DNA of 63,671 nt, filler included, from Octopus bimaculoides (taxonomy: Eukaryota), in the NCBI RefSeq assembly GCF_001194135.2. It is 7 parts of 6 records of this genome, joined end to end, with 100 filler letters (N's around TTAATTAATTAA, not from the genome) between each part and the next. Parts side by side here need not be neighbours in the genome. Positions count along the whole stretch, not along the records: positions 1 to 21,570 come from NC_068987.1; 6 more parts are not named here. One strand, 5' to 3'. The position numbers were made by a program, and so were the translations under genes. Shown piece by piece: positions 1-11,630 of the stretch. Under the pieces are notes generated by a model that worked only from the letters and a program-made list of their open reading frames with translations, had not been told where the DNA came from and ran no database searches. The first letter of the stretch is position 1, and the number at the start of each line of letters is the position of its first letter.

Positions 1-45
<45 letters not shown>
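1..45. repeat. (TA)n microsatellite
   Basis: Direct TA run at window start. Confidence 0.95.
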
Positions 46-47
<2 letters not shown>

Positions 48-261
48 ACACAGCCCCACTAAGAGGGTAGGGTCTGCTGGGGCAGCACCTTGACATCCAT
101 GAGTTTAAGGGCCCAGAAACAAGAAAGTAAATGAAATAAGCTTGTCAACAAATTCCCTAGGGAGATAAAAGTAAAACGAAAGGGATTAAATAAAATGAAA
201 CTAAGAAACATCAACTATCACAACAGTGACAAGAAGAAAAAGCAATGGTGATGAAAGTGTA

Positions 262-390
262 CATATATACATACCTATACACATATACATACATATATGC
301 ATACATACATACATATATGCATGCATACATACATACATCATACATACATACATACATACATCATACATACATACATACATACATACACAC
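262..390. repeat. (TACA)n/(TA)n compound microsatellite
   Basis: Degenerate tacatacataca run; it accounts for the YIHT/MYVC low-complexity ORFs. Confidence 0.9.
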
Positions 391-627
391 ATTCGCATAG
401 TCAGTTTGCTTGGCTTTTTATAGAAAAGTGATGATGTTTTAGAAAGAGAGAGAGAGAGATGGGGAGGAGGGAAAGAGAGAAACAAATTAGAAAAGACGGT
501 GCTGGGGTGATAGAGAAGGAGAGAGTAGGATATAGTGAAGATAGAGAAGAGAAAAGAAAGTAGGAGTGTTTTGGTGGTTTGCAGAGGAAGGGAGAAGAAA
601 TAAGTAAAAAGTTTGAGAGGAAGGGTG

Positions 628-836
628 AGGCAGCAAGCTGGCAGAAACGTTAGCATGCTGGGCGAAATGCTTAGCAGTATTTTGTCTGTCTTTACGTTCT
701 GAGTTCAAATACCGCCCAGGTCAACTTTGCTTTTCATCCTTTCAGGGCCGATAAATTAAGTTGCATACTGGGGTCGATCTAATCGACTGGCCTCCTTCCC
801 AAAAATTTCGGACTTTGTGCCTAGAGTAGAGAGAAT
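628..836 (+). mobile_element. tRNA-derived SINE, family A (octopus-type)
   Basis: Head gctggcagaaacgttagca, B-box-like gagttcaaat and core cttttcatcctttcagggccgataaattaag. The same sequence recurs many times in the window (e.g. 56171-56404). Confidence 0.85.
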
Positions 837-1229
837 ATGTTGTTTTTTTTTCTTTTTTAGTGACCTTTTAGGTGGTGAAGGAAAAGAATTTTTTGTATTC
901 AAGCTTTATAATTGGAAGGCCAGATGTTGGTTTTGATTTTCTCCAATAAGAATTANNNNNNNNNNNNNNNNNNNNNNNNNNNNNNNNNNNNNNNNNNNNN
1001 NNNNNNNNNNNNNNNNNNNNNNNNNNNNNNNNNNNNNNNNNNNNNNNNNNNNNNNNNNNNNNNNNNNNNNNNNNNNNNNNNNNNNNNNNNNNNNNNNNNN
1101 NNNNNNNNNNNNNNNNNNNNNNNNNNNNNNNNNNNNNNNNNNNNNNNNNNNNNNNNNNNNNNNNNNNNNNNNNNNNNNNNNNNNNNNNNNNNNNNNNNNN
1201 NNNNNNNNNNNNNNNNNNNNNNNNNNNNN

Positions 1230-1288
<59 letters not shown>

Positions 1289-1592
1289 GTATGTATGTAT
1301 GTATTCAAATATTATTTTAATAATGAAGGGGAAAATCAATAATAATTTTACCAGGTAACAAGTGCAGAAACAGTAAGTAAAATTACTTTTTACTTTAAGT
1401 TCGAAACACGTCCATAGTTAATCAACCTCATTGATTCATTATTATTCTTTTGCTTGCCTACATTAAAGTGTGTTATTCTCAGAGATTTTAAGGTAGTAAA
1501 AAAGACTTTAGCATCTATTTCTACGGTGCGTGGTGAGGTATAAAGCTGACCCCTTGTTATAATTATGTATATAATTATAAAATATTTATATA

Positions 1593-1757
1593 TAGGCGCA
1601 GAAGTGGCTGTGTGATAAGTAGCTTGCTTACAAACCACATGGTCCTGGGTTCAGTCCCACTGCGTGGCACCTTGAGCAAGTGTCTTCTACTATAGCTTTG
1701 GGCCGACCAAAGCCTTGTGAGTGGATTTGGTAGACGGAAACTGGAAGAAGCCTGTCG

Positions 1758-1791
<34 letters not shown>

Positions 1792-2007
1792 TTGTGTGTC
1801 TGTTTGTCCCCCCAGCATCGCTTGACAACCGATGCTGGTGTGTTTACGTCCCCATAACTTAGTGGTTCGGCAAAAGGGACTGATAGAATAAATACTAAGC
1901 TTATAAAGAATAAGCTCTGGGGTTGATTTGCTTGACTATAAAGGTGGTGCTCCAGCATGGCCGAAGTCAAATGACTGAAACAAGTAAAAGAGTAAAAGAG
2001 TAAAGAG
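1593..2007 (+). mobile_element. tRNA-derived SINE, family B, with internal (TA)n and 3' module ending in (GTAAAAGA)n
   Basis: Head ggcgcagaagtggctgtgtg...gggttcagtcccactgcg and core ggcaccttgagcaagtgtcttctactatag. Homologous copies lie on the minus strand at 40490-40910 and 53652-53810. Confidence 0.85.
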
Positions 2008-2159
2008 TACATATATAGTTGAAATTTACAGAAGAACAAAAGACAAAAACAGGTGTATAAACAACAACCAGGTGTATTAGTTTGACGCTCAGGAAGGTAA
2101 GAAAGTCTTTTATGTTTCGAGCCTACGTTCTTCAACACACACACACGCACACACACACA

Positions 2160-2188
2160 CATATTTATATATATATACATGTATATAC

Positions 2189-2271
<83 letters not shown>

Positions 2272-2300
2272 CATATATATACATATACATACATATATAA
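2160..2300. repeat. (TA)n/(TACA)n microsatellite
   Basis: Direct. Confidence 0.95.
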
Positions 2301-2799
2301 ACAAGGTGTGCGCACACACACACACAAGTTTGTGTGTGTGTGTATGCATGTATGTGTATGTGTTCTGTACGTGCATGTGTGTGTATCTATCTATGTATAT
2401 ATAAAGGGATATAGATTTTGTTTGCTCACTGTCACTAAGCATCTCAATTCATTCGTTGCAACTAGTTTGTGATCAAGATATTTTATTTTGCAAGGTACTA
2501 TTTTTCCTTTACGTTTATGATTTCAGAGAACGGTAGGAAATTCTTCATATTTTGTATCTTTGGTACTTTGACTTTACAGTTTGAATTGCAGATTCTATAT
2601 TTCTAATTCTATATTTCACTGTTAGCTGTTACAATATTTCAATTCAATAAATCGAAAAATTGCAACATCTAACTGTGAAATATAGAATTATTTAAAAAAG
2701 GCTTTTTTCAACTGAGATTCAAATCTTTGAGAACATTCACATCTATTTTTAAAAATTAATAATTTGAAAGTTTGCTTTTGTTTTGTACAAGTATGATGT

Positions 2800-4417
2800 C
2801 GTGGGAGAGAAATGTGTTCACATGGATGATGATGCGCTTGCCCTAAATGAGGCTGCAAAGAAAGTGGTTTGAAGACGCCAATACGAAAGATTGCTCAATA
2901 AAGAGAATGAATGGGGGAAAGAGAGTCTGCCGAATGTCAATCCAACAGAGGGACCAGCTATCCGAGTTGACAGTACCATGGTAGATAAAGCAATTAAGAG
3001 TATGAAGACAAGTAAGGCCCCCGGCCCATCAGGAATCACTGCAGAGATGGTCAAAATATCTGGCAGTGTCGGCTATAGCCTAGTCACCTGTATTGTTAAC
3101 CAGGTGATACATGAAGGAGTCATACCCAATGACTGGTGTAGCAGTACCATAGTCAACTGCTACAAAGGTAAAGGTGACGCTTTAGATACAGATAATTACA
3201 GAGGTATCAAGCTTTTAGATCAGGTAATGAAAGTCACGGAGAGGGTCATAGCTCAACTACTTAGGGAGCGAGTCAGTTTAGATGAGATGCAGTTTGGGTT
3301 CGTGCCTGGGAAAAGCACCACTGATGCTATATTTCTGGTAAGACAGCTTCAGGAGAAATACCTAGCCAAGGATAAACCTCTGTACCTGGCTTTCGTTGAC
3401 ATGGAGAAAGCCTTCGACAGGGTCCCCCAATCTCTCATCTGGTGGTCAATGAGGAAACTAGGGATAGAAGAATGTTTAGTGAGAGCTGTGCGAGCCATGT
3501 ACAGAGATGCTGTCAAAAAGGTGAGGGTTGGCAATGAGTACAGTGAAGAATTCCGGGTGGAGGTAGGGGTCCACCAAGGTTCTGTCCTCAGCCCCCTCCT
3601 ATTTACCACAGTCCTCCAGGCTATAACAGAGGAATTCAAGACATGATGGCCCTGGGAGCTCCTCTATGCTGATGACCTTGCACTAATTGCTGAGTTACTA
3701 TCAGAACTAAAGGAGAAGTTTCAGGTGTGGAGGCAAAGACCAGAATCGAAGGGTCTTAGAGTCAACCTAGCTAAAACCAAAGTCCTAATAAGTAGGAGGG
3801 CAGACAAAACACAAACCCCTTCGGGTAGATGGCCCTGCTCGATCTGTAGAAAAGGCGTGGGTAGTAACTCTATAAGATGCATTCAGTGCAAGCTATGGAC
3901 ACATAAGAGGTGCAGCAGTATCAAAGGAAGGTTAACTAGGAAGTTAGTTTTCGTTTGTAGCAGATTTTCAGGAGCTATAAACACTGTAAATGTGCAGAAA
4001 ACTTCTGCCACATTCCAGGGAGAAAAAACTAGACGTAGTTGATAGCTTCCGCTATCTTGGTGACAAAATTAGTAGTGGGGGTGGGTGCACTGAAAGCGTA
4101 GCTACTAGAATAAGAATAGTCTGGGCAAAGTTCAGAGAGCTCTTACCTCTGCTGTCGACAAAGGGTCTCTCTCTCAGAGTAAAAGGCAGACTGTATGACG
4201 CATGTGTACGAATAGCCATACTTCATGGCAGTGAAACATGGGATGTGACTGCTGAGTACATGCGTAGGCTCGTAAGGAATGAAGCCAGTATGCTCCGCTG
4301 GATGTGTAATGTCAGTGTGCATACTAGACAGAGTGTTAATACCTTGAGAGAAAAGTTGAACTTACGAAGCATCAGTTGTGGTGTGCAAGAAAGATGATTG
4401 CGCTGGTATGGTCATAT
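2800..4417 (+). mobile_element. RTE-clade LINE, reverse transcriptase region, 5'-truncated and decayed
   Basis: Translations contain KAPGPSG, NYRGIKLL, QFGF..GKSTTDAIF, AFVDMEKAFDRVP, GVHQGSVLSPLLF and LLYADDL (about 3659-3679), then FRYLG and RLYDACVR. Stops at 3644 and 4395 and a frameshift near 4020. Runs into a gap. Confidence 0.95.
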
Positions 4418-5334
4418 NNNNNNNNNNNNNNNNNNNNNNNNNNNNNNNNNNNNNNNNNNNNNNNNNNNNNNNNNNNNNNNNNNNNNNNNNNNNNNNNNNN
4501 NNNNNNNNNNNNNNNNNNNNNNNNNNNNNNNNNNNNNNNNNNNNNNNNNNNNNNNNNNNNNNNNNNNNNNNNNNNNNNNNNNNNNNNNNNNNNNNNNNNN
4601 NNNNNNNNNNNNNNNNNNNNNNNNNNNNNNNNNNNNNNNNNNNNNNNNNNNNNNNNNNNNNNNNNNNNNNNNNNNNNNNNNNNNNNNNNNNNNNNNNNNN
4701 NNNNNNNNNNNNNNNNNNNNNNNNNNNNNNNNNNNNNNNNNNNNNNNNNNNNNNNNNNNNNNNNNNNNNNNNNNNNNNNNNNNNNNNNNNNNNNNNNNNN
4801 NNNNNNNNNNNNNNNNNNNNNNNNNNNNNNNNNNNNNNNNNNNNNNNNNNNNNNNNNNNNNNNNNNNNNNNNNNNNNNNNNNNNNNNNNNNNNNNNNNNN
4901 NNNNNNNNNNNNNNNNNNNNNNNNNNNNNNNNNNNNNNNNNNNNNNNNNNNNNNNNNNNNNNNNNNNNNNNNNNNNNNNNNNNNNNNNNNNNNNNNNNNN
5001 NNNNNNNNNNNNNNNNNNNNNNNNNNNNNNNNNNNNNNNNNNNNNNNNNNNNNNNNNNNNNNNNNNNNNNNNNNNNNNNNNNNNNNNNNNNNNNNNNNNN
5101 NNNNNNNNNNNNNNNNNNNNNNNNNNNNNNNNNNNNNNNNNNNNNNNNNNNNNNNNNNNNNNNNNNNNNNNNNNNNNNNNNNNNNNNNNNNNNNNNNNNN
5201 NNNNNNNNNNNNNNNNNNNNNNNNNNNTTAAATGATTCGCCACATCATACTGAAAGCTGTAGTGAGAAAGAAATTGTGTAAAACCTCGTCAAAGTGGAGA
5301 AAATTCAACTTGAATGGGTAGCAGATTGTAGACC

Positions 5335-5476
5335 TCTGCCTGTGTGTGTTTGTGACTGAGGTTGTTCCCTAAAACCGCTTGACAACAGCTGTTAGTTTGT
5401 TAACATCCCTGTGAATTACTGTTCCAGCAAAAGAAACCCATAGAATAAGTACCAAGCATTACGCAAAAATAAGTCC
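5335..5476 (+). mobile_element. 3' module of family-B SINE, cut off at aataagtcc
   Basis: Aligns by eye to 1790-1917 (cgcttgacaac...caaaag...atagaataa.tac.aagc...aataag). Confidence 0.65.
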
Positions 5477-7790
5477 GTAGCCACTGACAGACCGGAAAGA
5501 CGGTTAGGCATCTTGGAAAGACTATCGACACCAGGAGAGACTGGCGAAGGCTGCGGACTTACAATCCTCGCCTTTGTAATATATTGTAACAACTACAAAT
5601 GAGAATGACAGCCCCATGATTGACCGAGAGGTGGGAGTCGAGAATCAATCAAACCCAGTTGACATGGAAACGACCTTGGATACGAGTACGGCTATTCATT
5701 GGAACAGCGAACAGAGTACAAACAACTTTGGATGCAAGCTGTGCTGTAGAACCTTTTGCAACTGTAAGAGGCTTGAAGATACATCAGAGAAAGACTTGTG
5801 AGAAGACAGAGCAGTGTAGATTATCTGATCGTAAAACACGTGGCAAATCATCCCCGGACTCAAACCACAGCCGATCGATAAATGCTACAGCAAAGACCTC
5901 TTCCCGTCAGGAAACTGCAAGTCATGAGTCTGGTGCATCAGATAGTACTCGGAGGAGACCGAGGGTTTTGTGACCTGCTACTAAGGAGAAAAGGAAATAT
6001 AAAGAGTTTGAAAACAAGGCATGTCGAGCTCTTTATAAAATGACAGGCTCTACAGTGGAGAAACTGGGAAAATTAACATGCTCAGTTTACGATACAGGAA
6101 AGGAATTGTTTGGAGTGAAAGAGAATATCCGATTAGCGAAAGGAAAGTGTAGACCAAACAGGAGGATCAGGAAAATGAAACAGTTGAGGAAGGAAAAGAC
6201 CAGCCTAAGAAAGCGGTGGAAATGTGCTGCAGAAGAGGACAAACCTGGCCTCGCGCTGCTGTATAACAACTTGAAAAGGAAATGTTGTTATGTGCAACGA
6301 CATATCCGCCGATATGAGCGTCAAAAGGAGAGTAAAAGGACTCGGGGGCAGTTTCTGAAGGACCCGTACGAGTTTACTAAGAAGCTGTTCACTGAACCGA
6401 AGAGTGGTTCTTTATCATGCACAAAAGAAGAATTGGACGCTCATGTCAAAGAAACCTACAGCGATCCACACCGTAACCAGCCACTGCCACCTCTACATGG
6501 GCTAAATCATCTCTCAGAACCTGATATAGAATTCCAAATTGGGGATATCATGGAGAGAGAGGTGAATGATTTCGTAAGAAAAGCGAGAGCAAAGAGTGCC
6601 CCAGGAGGTGATGGCGTCTCATATAAAGTCTATAAATATTGCAATCGTCTGCAAAAGAAGCCCTTTGTCTTTCTCCGACAACTGTGGCGCGAAGAGACTC
6701 TAGTAGAGGATTGGTGTGAGGCAGAAGGTATATACCTGCCGAAGGAGGCCAATGCAAAGACTTTAAAACAGTTTAGGCCGATATCCTTATTGAATGTGGA
6801 AGGCAAGATCTTTATGGGAATTCTTTCCAGGAGAACAGTGACGTATTTACAAAATAACGGGTATGTTGATGAGTCTGTTCAAAANNNNNNNNNNNNNNNN
6901 NNNNNNNNNNNNNNNNNNNNNNNNNNNNNNNNNNNNNNNNNNNNNNNNNNNNNNNNNNNNNNNNNNNNNNNNNNNNNNNNNNNNNNNNNNNNNNNNNNNN
7001 NNNNNNNNNNNNNNNNNNNNNNNNNNNNNNNNNNNNNNNNNNNNNNNNNNNNNNNNNNNNNNNNNNNNNNNNNNNNNNNNNNNNNNNNNNNNNNNNNNNN
7101 NNNNNNNNNNNNNNNNNNNNNNNNNNNNNNNNNNNNNNNNNNNNNNNNNNNNNNNNNNNNNNNNNNNNNNNNNNNNNNNNNNNNNNNNNNNNNNNNNNNN
7201 NNNNNNNNNNNNNNNNNNNNNNNNNNNNNNNNNNNNNNNNNNNNNNNNNNNNNNNNNNNNNNNNNNNNNNNNNNNNNNNNNNNNNNNNNNNNNNNNNNNN
7301 NNNNNNNNNNNNNNNNNNNNNNNNNNNNNNNNNNNNNNNNNNNNNNNNNNNNNNNNNNNNNNNNNNNNNNNNNNNNNNNNNNNNNNNNNNNNNNNNNNNN
7401 NNNNNNNNNNNNNNNNNNNNNNNNNNNNNNNNNNNNNNNNNNNNNNNNNNNNNNNNNNNNNNNNNNNNNNNNNNNNNNNNNNNNNNNNNNNNNNNNNNNN
7501 NNNNNNNNNNNNNNNNNNNNNNNNNNNNNNNNNNNNNNNNNNNNNNNNNNNNNNNNNNNNNNNNNNNNNNNNNNNNNNNNNNNNNTCCCGCTACTTTCGT
7601 GGCCACTTTTAATATACGAGGTAGCCTTGTCACGAGTTCAGATCATTGAACAAAAATGTAATGTGTTCATTAGAAAGTGGCTAGGCCTACCTCGGATGTT
7701 GAACAGTTCAGCTCTTTATCGTAAAAGAGGTTCATTGCAGTTACCACTAGCGTCAATAGTCGAAATATACAAACTAGAGAAAATACGGAC
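5477..7790 (+). mobile_element. Hero-type (R2 superfamily) non-LTR retrotransposon, 3'-truncated pseudo-copy
   Basis: N-terminal CCHC finger CKLCCRTF-(frameshift)-ATVRGLKIHQRKTC, then RPRVL*P. RT motifs KSAPGGDG, FRPISLLNVEGKIF and YLQNNGYVDESVQ. Post-RT WPLLIYEV...RKWLGLPR resembles Hero-clade proteins. The centre is in a gap and no REL endonuclease is seen. Confidence 0.8.
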
Positions 7791-9163
7791 GGCAAGTGAC
7801 TGCACTGAATCCTCTCTCAGCCAAACAAGATGTTGCAAAGGCAATGAAAAACAATTTGACTTTCTTCCAAAGCTCCAGATAGTGGTCATGGATAGCCTTT
7901 TAAAAAAGGGAAATTACTGTGTGATTGACCGTTATTAAGACAAAAGAGCTATTAGAATGACCGCTAAATGAAGGGAGGGAGTAAAGGTAAGGGAGTAAAA
8001 ATGTCCATAGTATTCGCGTAAGCGCGCAAGTTCATACATACACATGCGCGCCGCACACCCACGTACATGCGTCTATATGTATATACTTGTCCACCCTCAC
8101 TTGAAACACACACATTCTCACCCACAGATTTGCCAAAAAATATATACACACCCGTATACACGCTCGCACACACACACACACACACACACGCACGCAAAAA
8201 AAGGTTCATATACATGTCTATATACGCACANNNNNNNNNNNNNNNNNNNNNNNNNNNNNNNNNNNNNNNNNNNNNNNNNNNNNNNNNNNNNNNNNNNNNN
8301 NNNNNNNNNNNNNNNNNNNNNNNNNNNNNNCAGTACGTACGTTTCATACAAACTTCATTTATTTATGTAGTGAGAACACCTCAGCTGCATAATGGAAGTT
8401 CATTTCAGAAAGTTATTTTGTAAATGTGTGCAAATACATGAGTAGGAGAAGAAAATACCATTTCATGGTTATTTTACCACTACATTGTTTTCATTTAATC
8501 TATTAGGGGCAAATCAGTCTGGCATACCTTATCCCTTCTACTCCAGATTATTGACTATGATCTGAAATCAGTGGAAGATTAAATAACACAGCTCAACTAG
8601 GAACTGAGTCCACACCACTGACATTTATCTTGCCACCATGACTATGCTATAGTGCTAATATTCTAGAGTAATTCAATATGACACTCTATTGCTTCTATCA
8701 TTAATGTTTTTTTTGGTAAAATATGAAACCTTGATGATTTCTCTCAGGTACAAGCATTTATAGAGAAAGAAGAGTACAGTTGATTGTCTGATAAATGCTA
8801 TAAGGATTTATTTCAACTAAGTGGAAGTTCAGTTTTGTTGTAGATTGAAACTCTTGCACTGTACGAAATTTTATCAACTCCAGAAGGATGAAAGACGAGA
8901 CTGACCCTCAAAAGTATTGAAGAGTGAAATTAAAAACTGTTATAGGAGATTTATAATAGAGTATATGATGTAATGGATTCTGTACGTCAATAGAACTAAA
9001 AATATATTTTAAAATGGTTCTACATTTACACTGATATTCCACAGTGTCAGCCTTCTCACTTCTAGAGATTTTAATTGAACTAATTATTTAATTTGTTTTA
9101 TAGATTGTCTCATGATAAATTGTCTCTATTTGAGCCACTTTTACTTTGCTGTTTTGTCTTTAG

Positions 9164-9285
9164 ATATGTGCGTGCCCTAGGAGCAATGTATATGAGACTT
9201 GTTGGAACATCTTTAGACTGCTTCAAATATCTGGAGCCTTTGTATAACGATTACAGGAAGTTGAGGAGACAAAATAAATCTGGAG
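9164..9285 (+). CDS. PRPF38A: Internal coding exon of pre-mRNA splicing factor Prp38A
   Basis: Acceptor gttttgtctttag at 9163, donor gtaaga at 9286, 122 nt. Encodes YVRALGAMYMRLVGTSLDCFKYLEPLYNDYRKLRRQNKSG, closely matching the PRPF38A segment YVRMLGALYMRLTGTAIDCYKYLEPLYNDYRKIKSQNRNG as I recall it. Confidence 0.93.
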
Positions 9286-11199
9286 GTAAGAGGAGGATTC
9301 TTTATTTGCTTGTGCGTAATATAAATAATTTCACTATCATTATGTATTAGTGGTCCTCAACATCACCATCAACTTGTTTTGTCTTTTCCATACTGTCCAG
9401 TATGTGACGACTTGTTTCCTCTGTAAAGCCCAGCATAATCACACATCTAACACTACTTCTACTTTCCAGTCATATTGGTTTCCTTCCACAAATACCCTCT
9501 ACAGATAAAGTGTACAGCATTTTTTCACTCCAAACTCATCATCCATTCACATTGTTATTGCATATGTGTACACATCAAGTGTAAAATAGTACTACCCAAA
9601 TAAAATCACAGAATTATGTTCACACAGAATGCACTCCATACTACTCAAACGTAGATACAATATTAAACCAGCACACATTGCATTAACACAGTAACTAATC
9701 TGGCTGACCAACACTGTCAACTGTCTTGACAGTTCACACAGTTCTTGTTTACTGAAATCCATTAGTCCACTTTCAGGATCCTCCCACAACACACATCAGT
9801 TGTCTATACCATTACAAGTATTTTTCCTGCCCAGCCACTCTCTCAGATTACATCTGCACAACTTTCCATATAGTTTAACATTACAAATCCTAGTGATTAT
9901 GCCTCGTTTAATGAGCTAATAAGGAAGTCTCTATATAGAAATTTGATCTACTAGAAATATCCAAATTTCTTAAAATCACACTCTTTCATCTTAAAAAAAA
10001 ATGGATGAACACATGTAGTCCAAAATATACAAAATAATGAAATGGTCACTGCTGCTACACCTTCAATCATAAATCTGAAGCTAAACAACAAAACAATAAG
10101 TTTAAATTAATGATGTGTGTAGCAATAACATAGTCATTACTGAATGTTAATCAACATATGTAAGCTGTTAATTTTTACAAAGTTAAAACAACTAATTGGT
10201 TTTGTCAGTAGCTTTAAACTAGTTCTTTTGCAGATTGCTGTAGAGTATTGTTCCATCTAATTCTTAATGGTTTATGCATGTACAAATATTCATCACCATG
10301 TGAAATGACCAGCTAAACTAAGAAATTTCCCTAGTTTCAATCGCTCATCATTCATTCATCTAACTCGTAATACTAACACGCTGTACTTTGATTTAAAATA
10401 ACCTTCAAAATTTGTAATTCTTCGTTTCACTTTCAAAACTCGTAATTCCTTAAATTCTTTGCCATATTCTCTCCCTGTTTCATAATCCATGTGTTCCCAT
10501 ACTTTGCCATGATTTCCCCGGTGATCTCTCCCTCTTTCTCTAAAATTCATAAACATTCTTGCCTTGTTTTATAACTTATGTCTTTCTCATACTTGCCATG
10601 ATTCCCTCCAGCAATAAAGTCTTTCAAGTCTCTCTCTCTCTCTCTCTCTGCCTGCCTCACTAGTGTCTTCTTACTGCTATTTCCTGAAGTGAAGCTGGCC
10701 ATTGCTTGTCTGCAATGTGCCCACCCATTCCTGCTCCCACCACCTATACCAGAAATTTCTTCTCTTATACCAGAAACCCTTACAGGACTCTGCCTTGTTT
10801 CTGTACCAAAAGACTTGCATAGCTCCCCCACCCATCATCCACACTACTGCATGCACCAGAAGGAGATGTGTTACTTAGTAAATTAACAAACCACCTACCT
10901 CTTTCTATATGTAATGGACTAATCAATAGCAGCTCATTACTTAATTTAAACATTGACCTATTCATGTTTGCAGCAATAATGCTTATATTTACAATGATTG
11001 TAACACTTATACTTACAATGCTTACATTACACTCACCCCCAATAAGGGCAACAATTTTAACATCTTTGAATAATGGTAGGTTAAAGCGAGAACAACTGAT
11101 GTGACATGTCTGTTATCAAACAAACATTGAAACCTTCTTTTCAGGTGCTTAATACCATCGCTCCTTCCCATGTTCCCTCCCATGTCCCTTTCATAGTTT

Positions 11200-11630
11200 T
11201 CAGAGTTGGCACTGTCAATGTAAGCAGTTTGAAAGGTAGGTCTAGCAAGATTGTTGAGATGCTTGAACAGTCGTGTTGATGTATGTTGCATTCAAGAGGT
11301 AAGGTGGAGAGGTGCTTCAGCCAGGTTCCTCACAGGCAAGACACATACGTATAAAATCTTCTGTGAAGGTATCAGCAATGGGGTAGATGGTGTGGGCATA
11401 CTTCTTGCAGAGAAATGGGTGGATAAGGTCATAGAGGTAGAGTGTGCAGTAGAGTACATAACCTCAGGCTAGTCTTGTTTAAATAGCTTAGTGACAATCA
11501 TCTCAGCCTATGCCCCACAAGCAGGCCTACCAAATGAACAAAAGGTCCACTGATATTCTTCTGCAGGCTACCTCAAAGACGAATGACAATGATCTCATCT
11601 TTGGCTGGGAAATTCAATGGGCATGTCGGA
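11200..11630 (+). mobile_element. RTE LINE endonuclease fragment, 5' half of a split copy
   Basis: TVNVSSLKGRS, VDVCCIQEVRWRG, GVGILLAEKW, IISAYAPQAG and FNGHVG are APE-type endonuclease motifs. Confidence 0.9.

Noticed and set aside
5540-5575. HDV-like ribozyme (GGCGAA and TCCTCGC motifs) at the Hero 5' end
   Set aside because: The motifs are in the wrong order for the HDV double pseudoknot on either strand and simply pair as a hairpin.
7881-7965. Short imperfect inverted repeat after the Hero fragment
   Set aside because: The arms are about 21 bp with indels in AT-rich sequence; too weak to interpret.
10547-10886. Overlapping short ORFs upstream of the RTE endonuclease
   Set aside because: No recognisable motifs; probably RTE 5' region or intron sequence.
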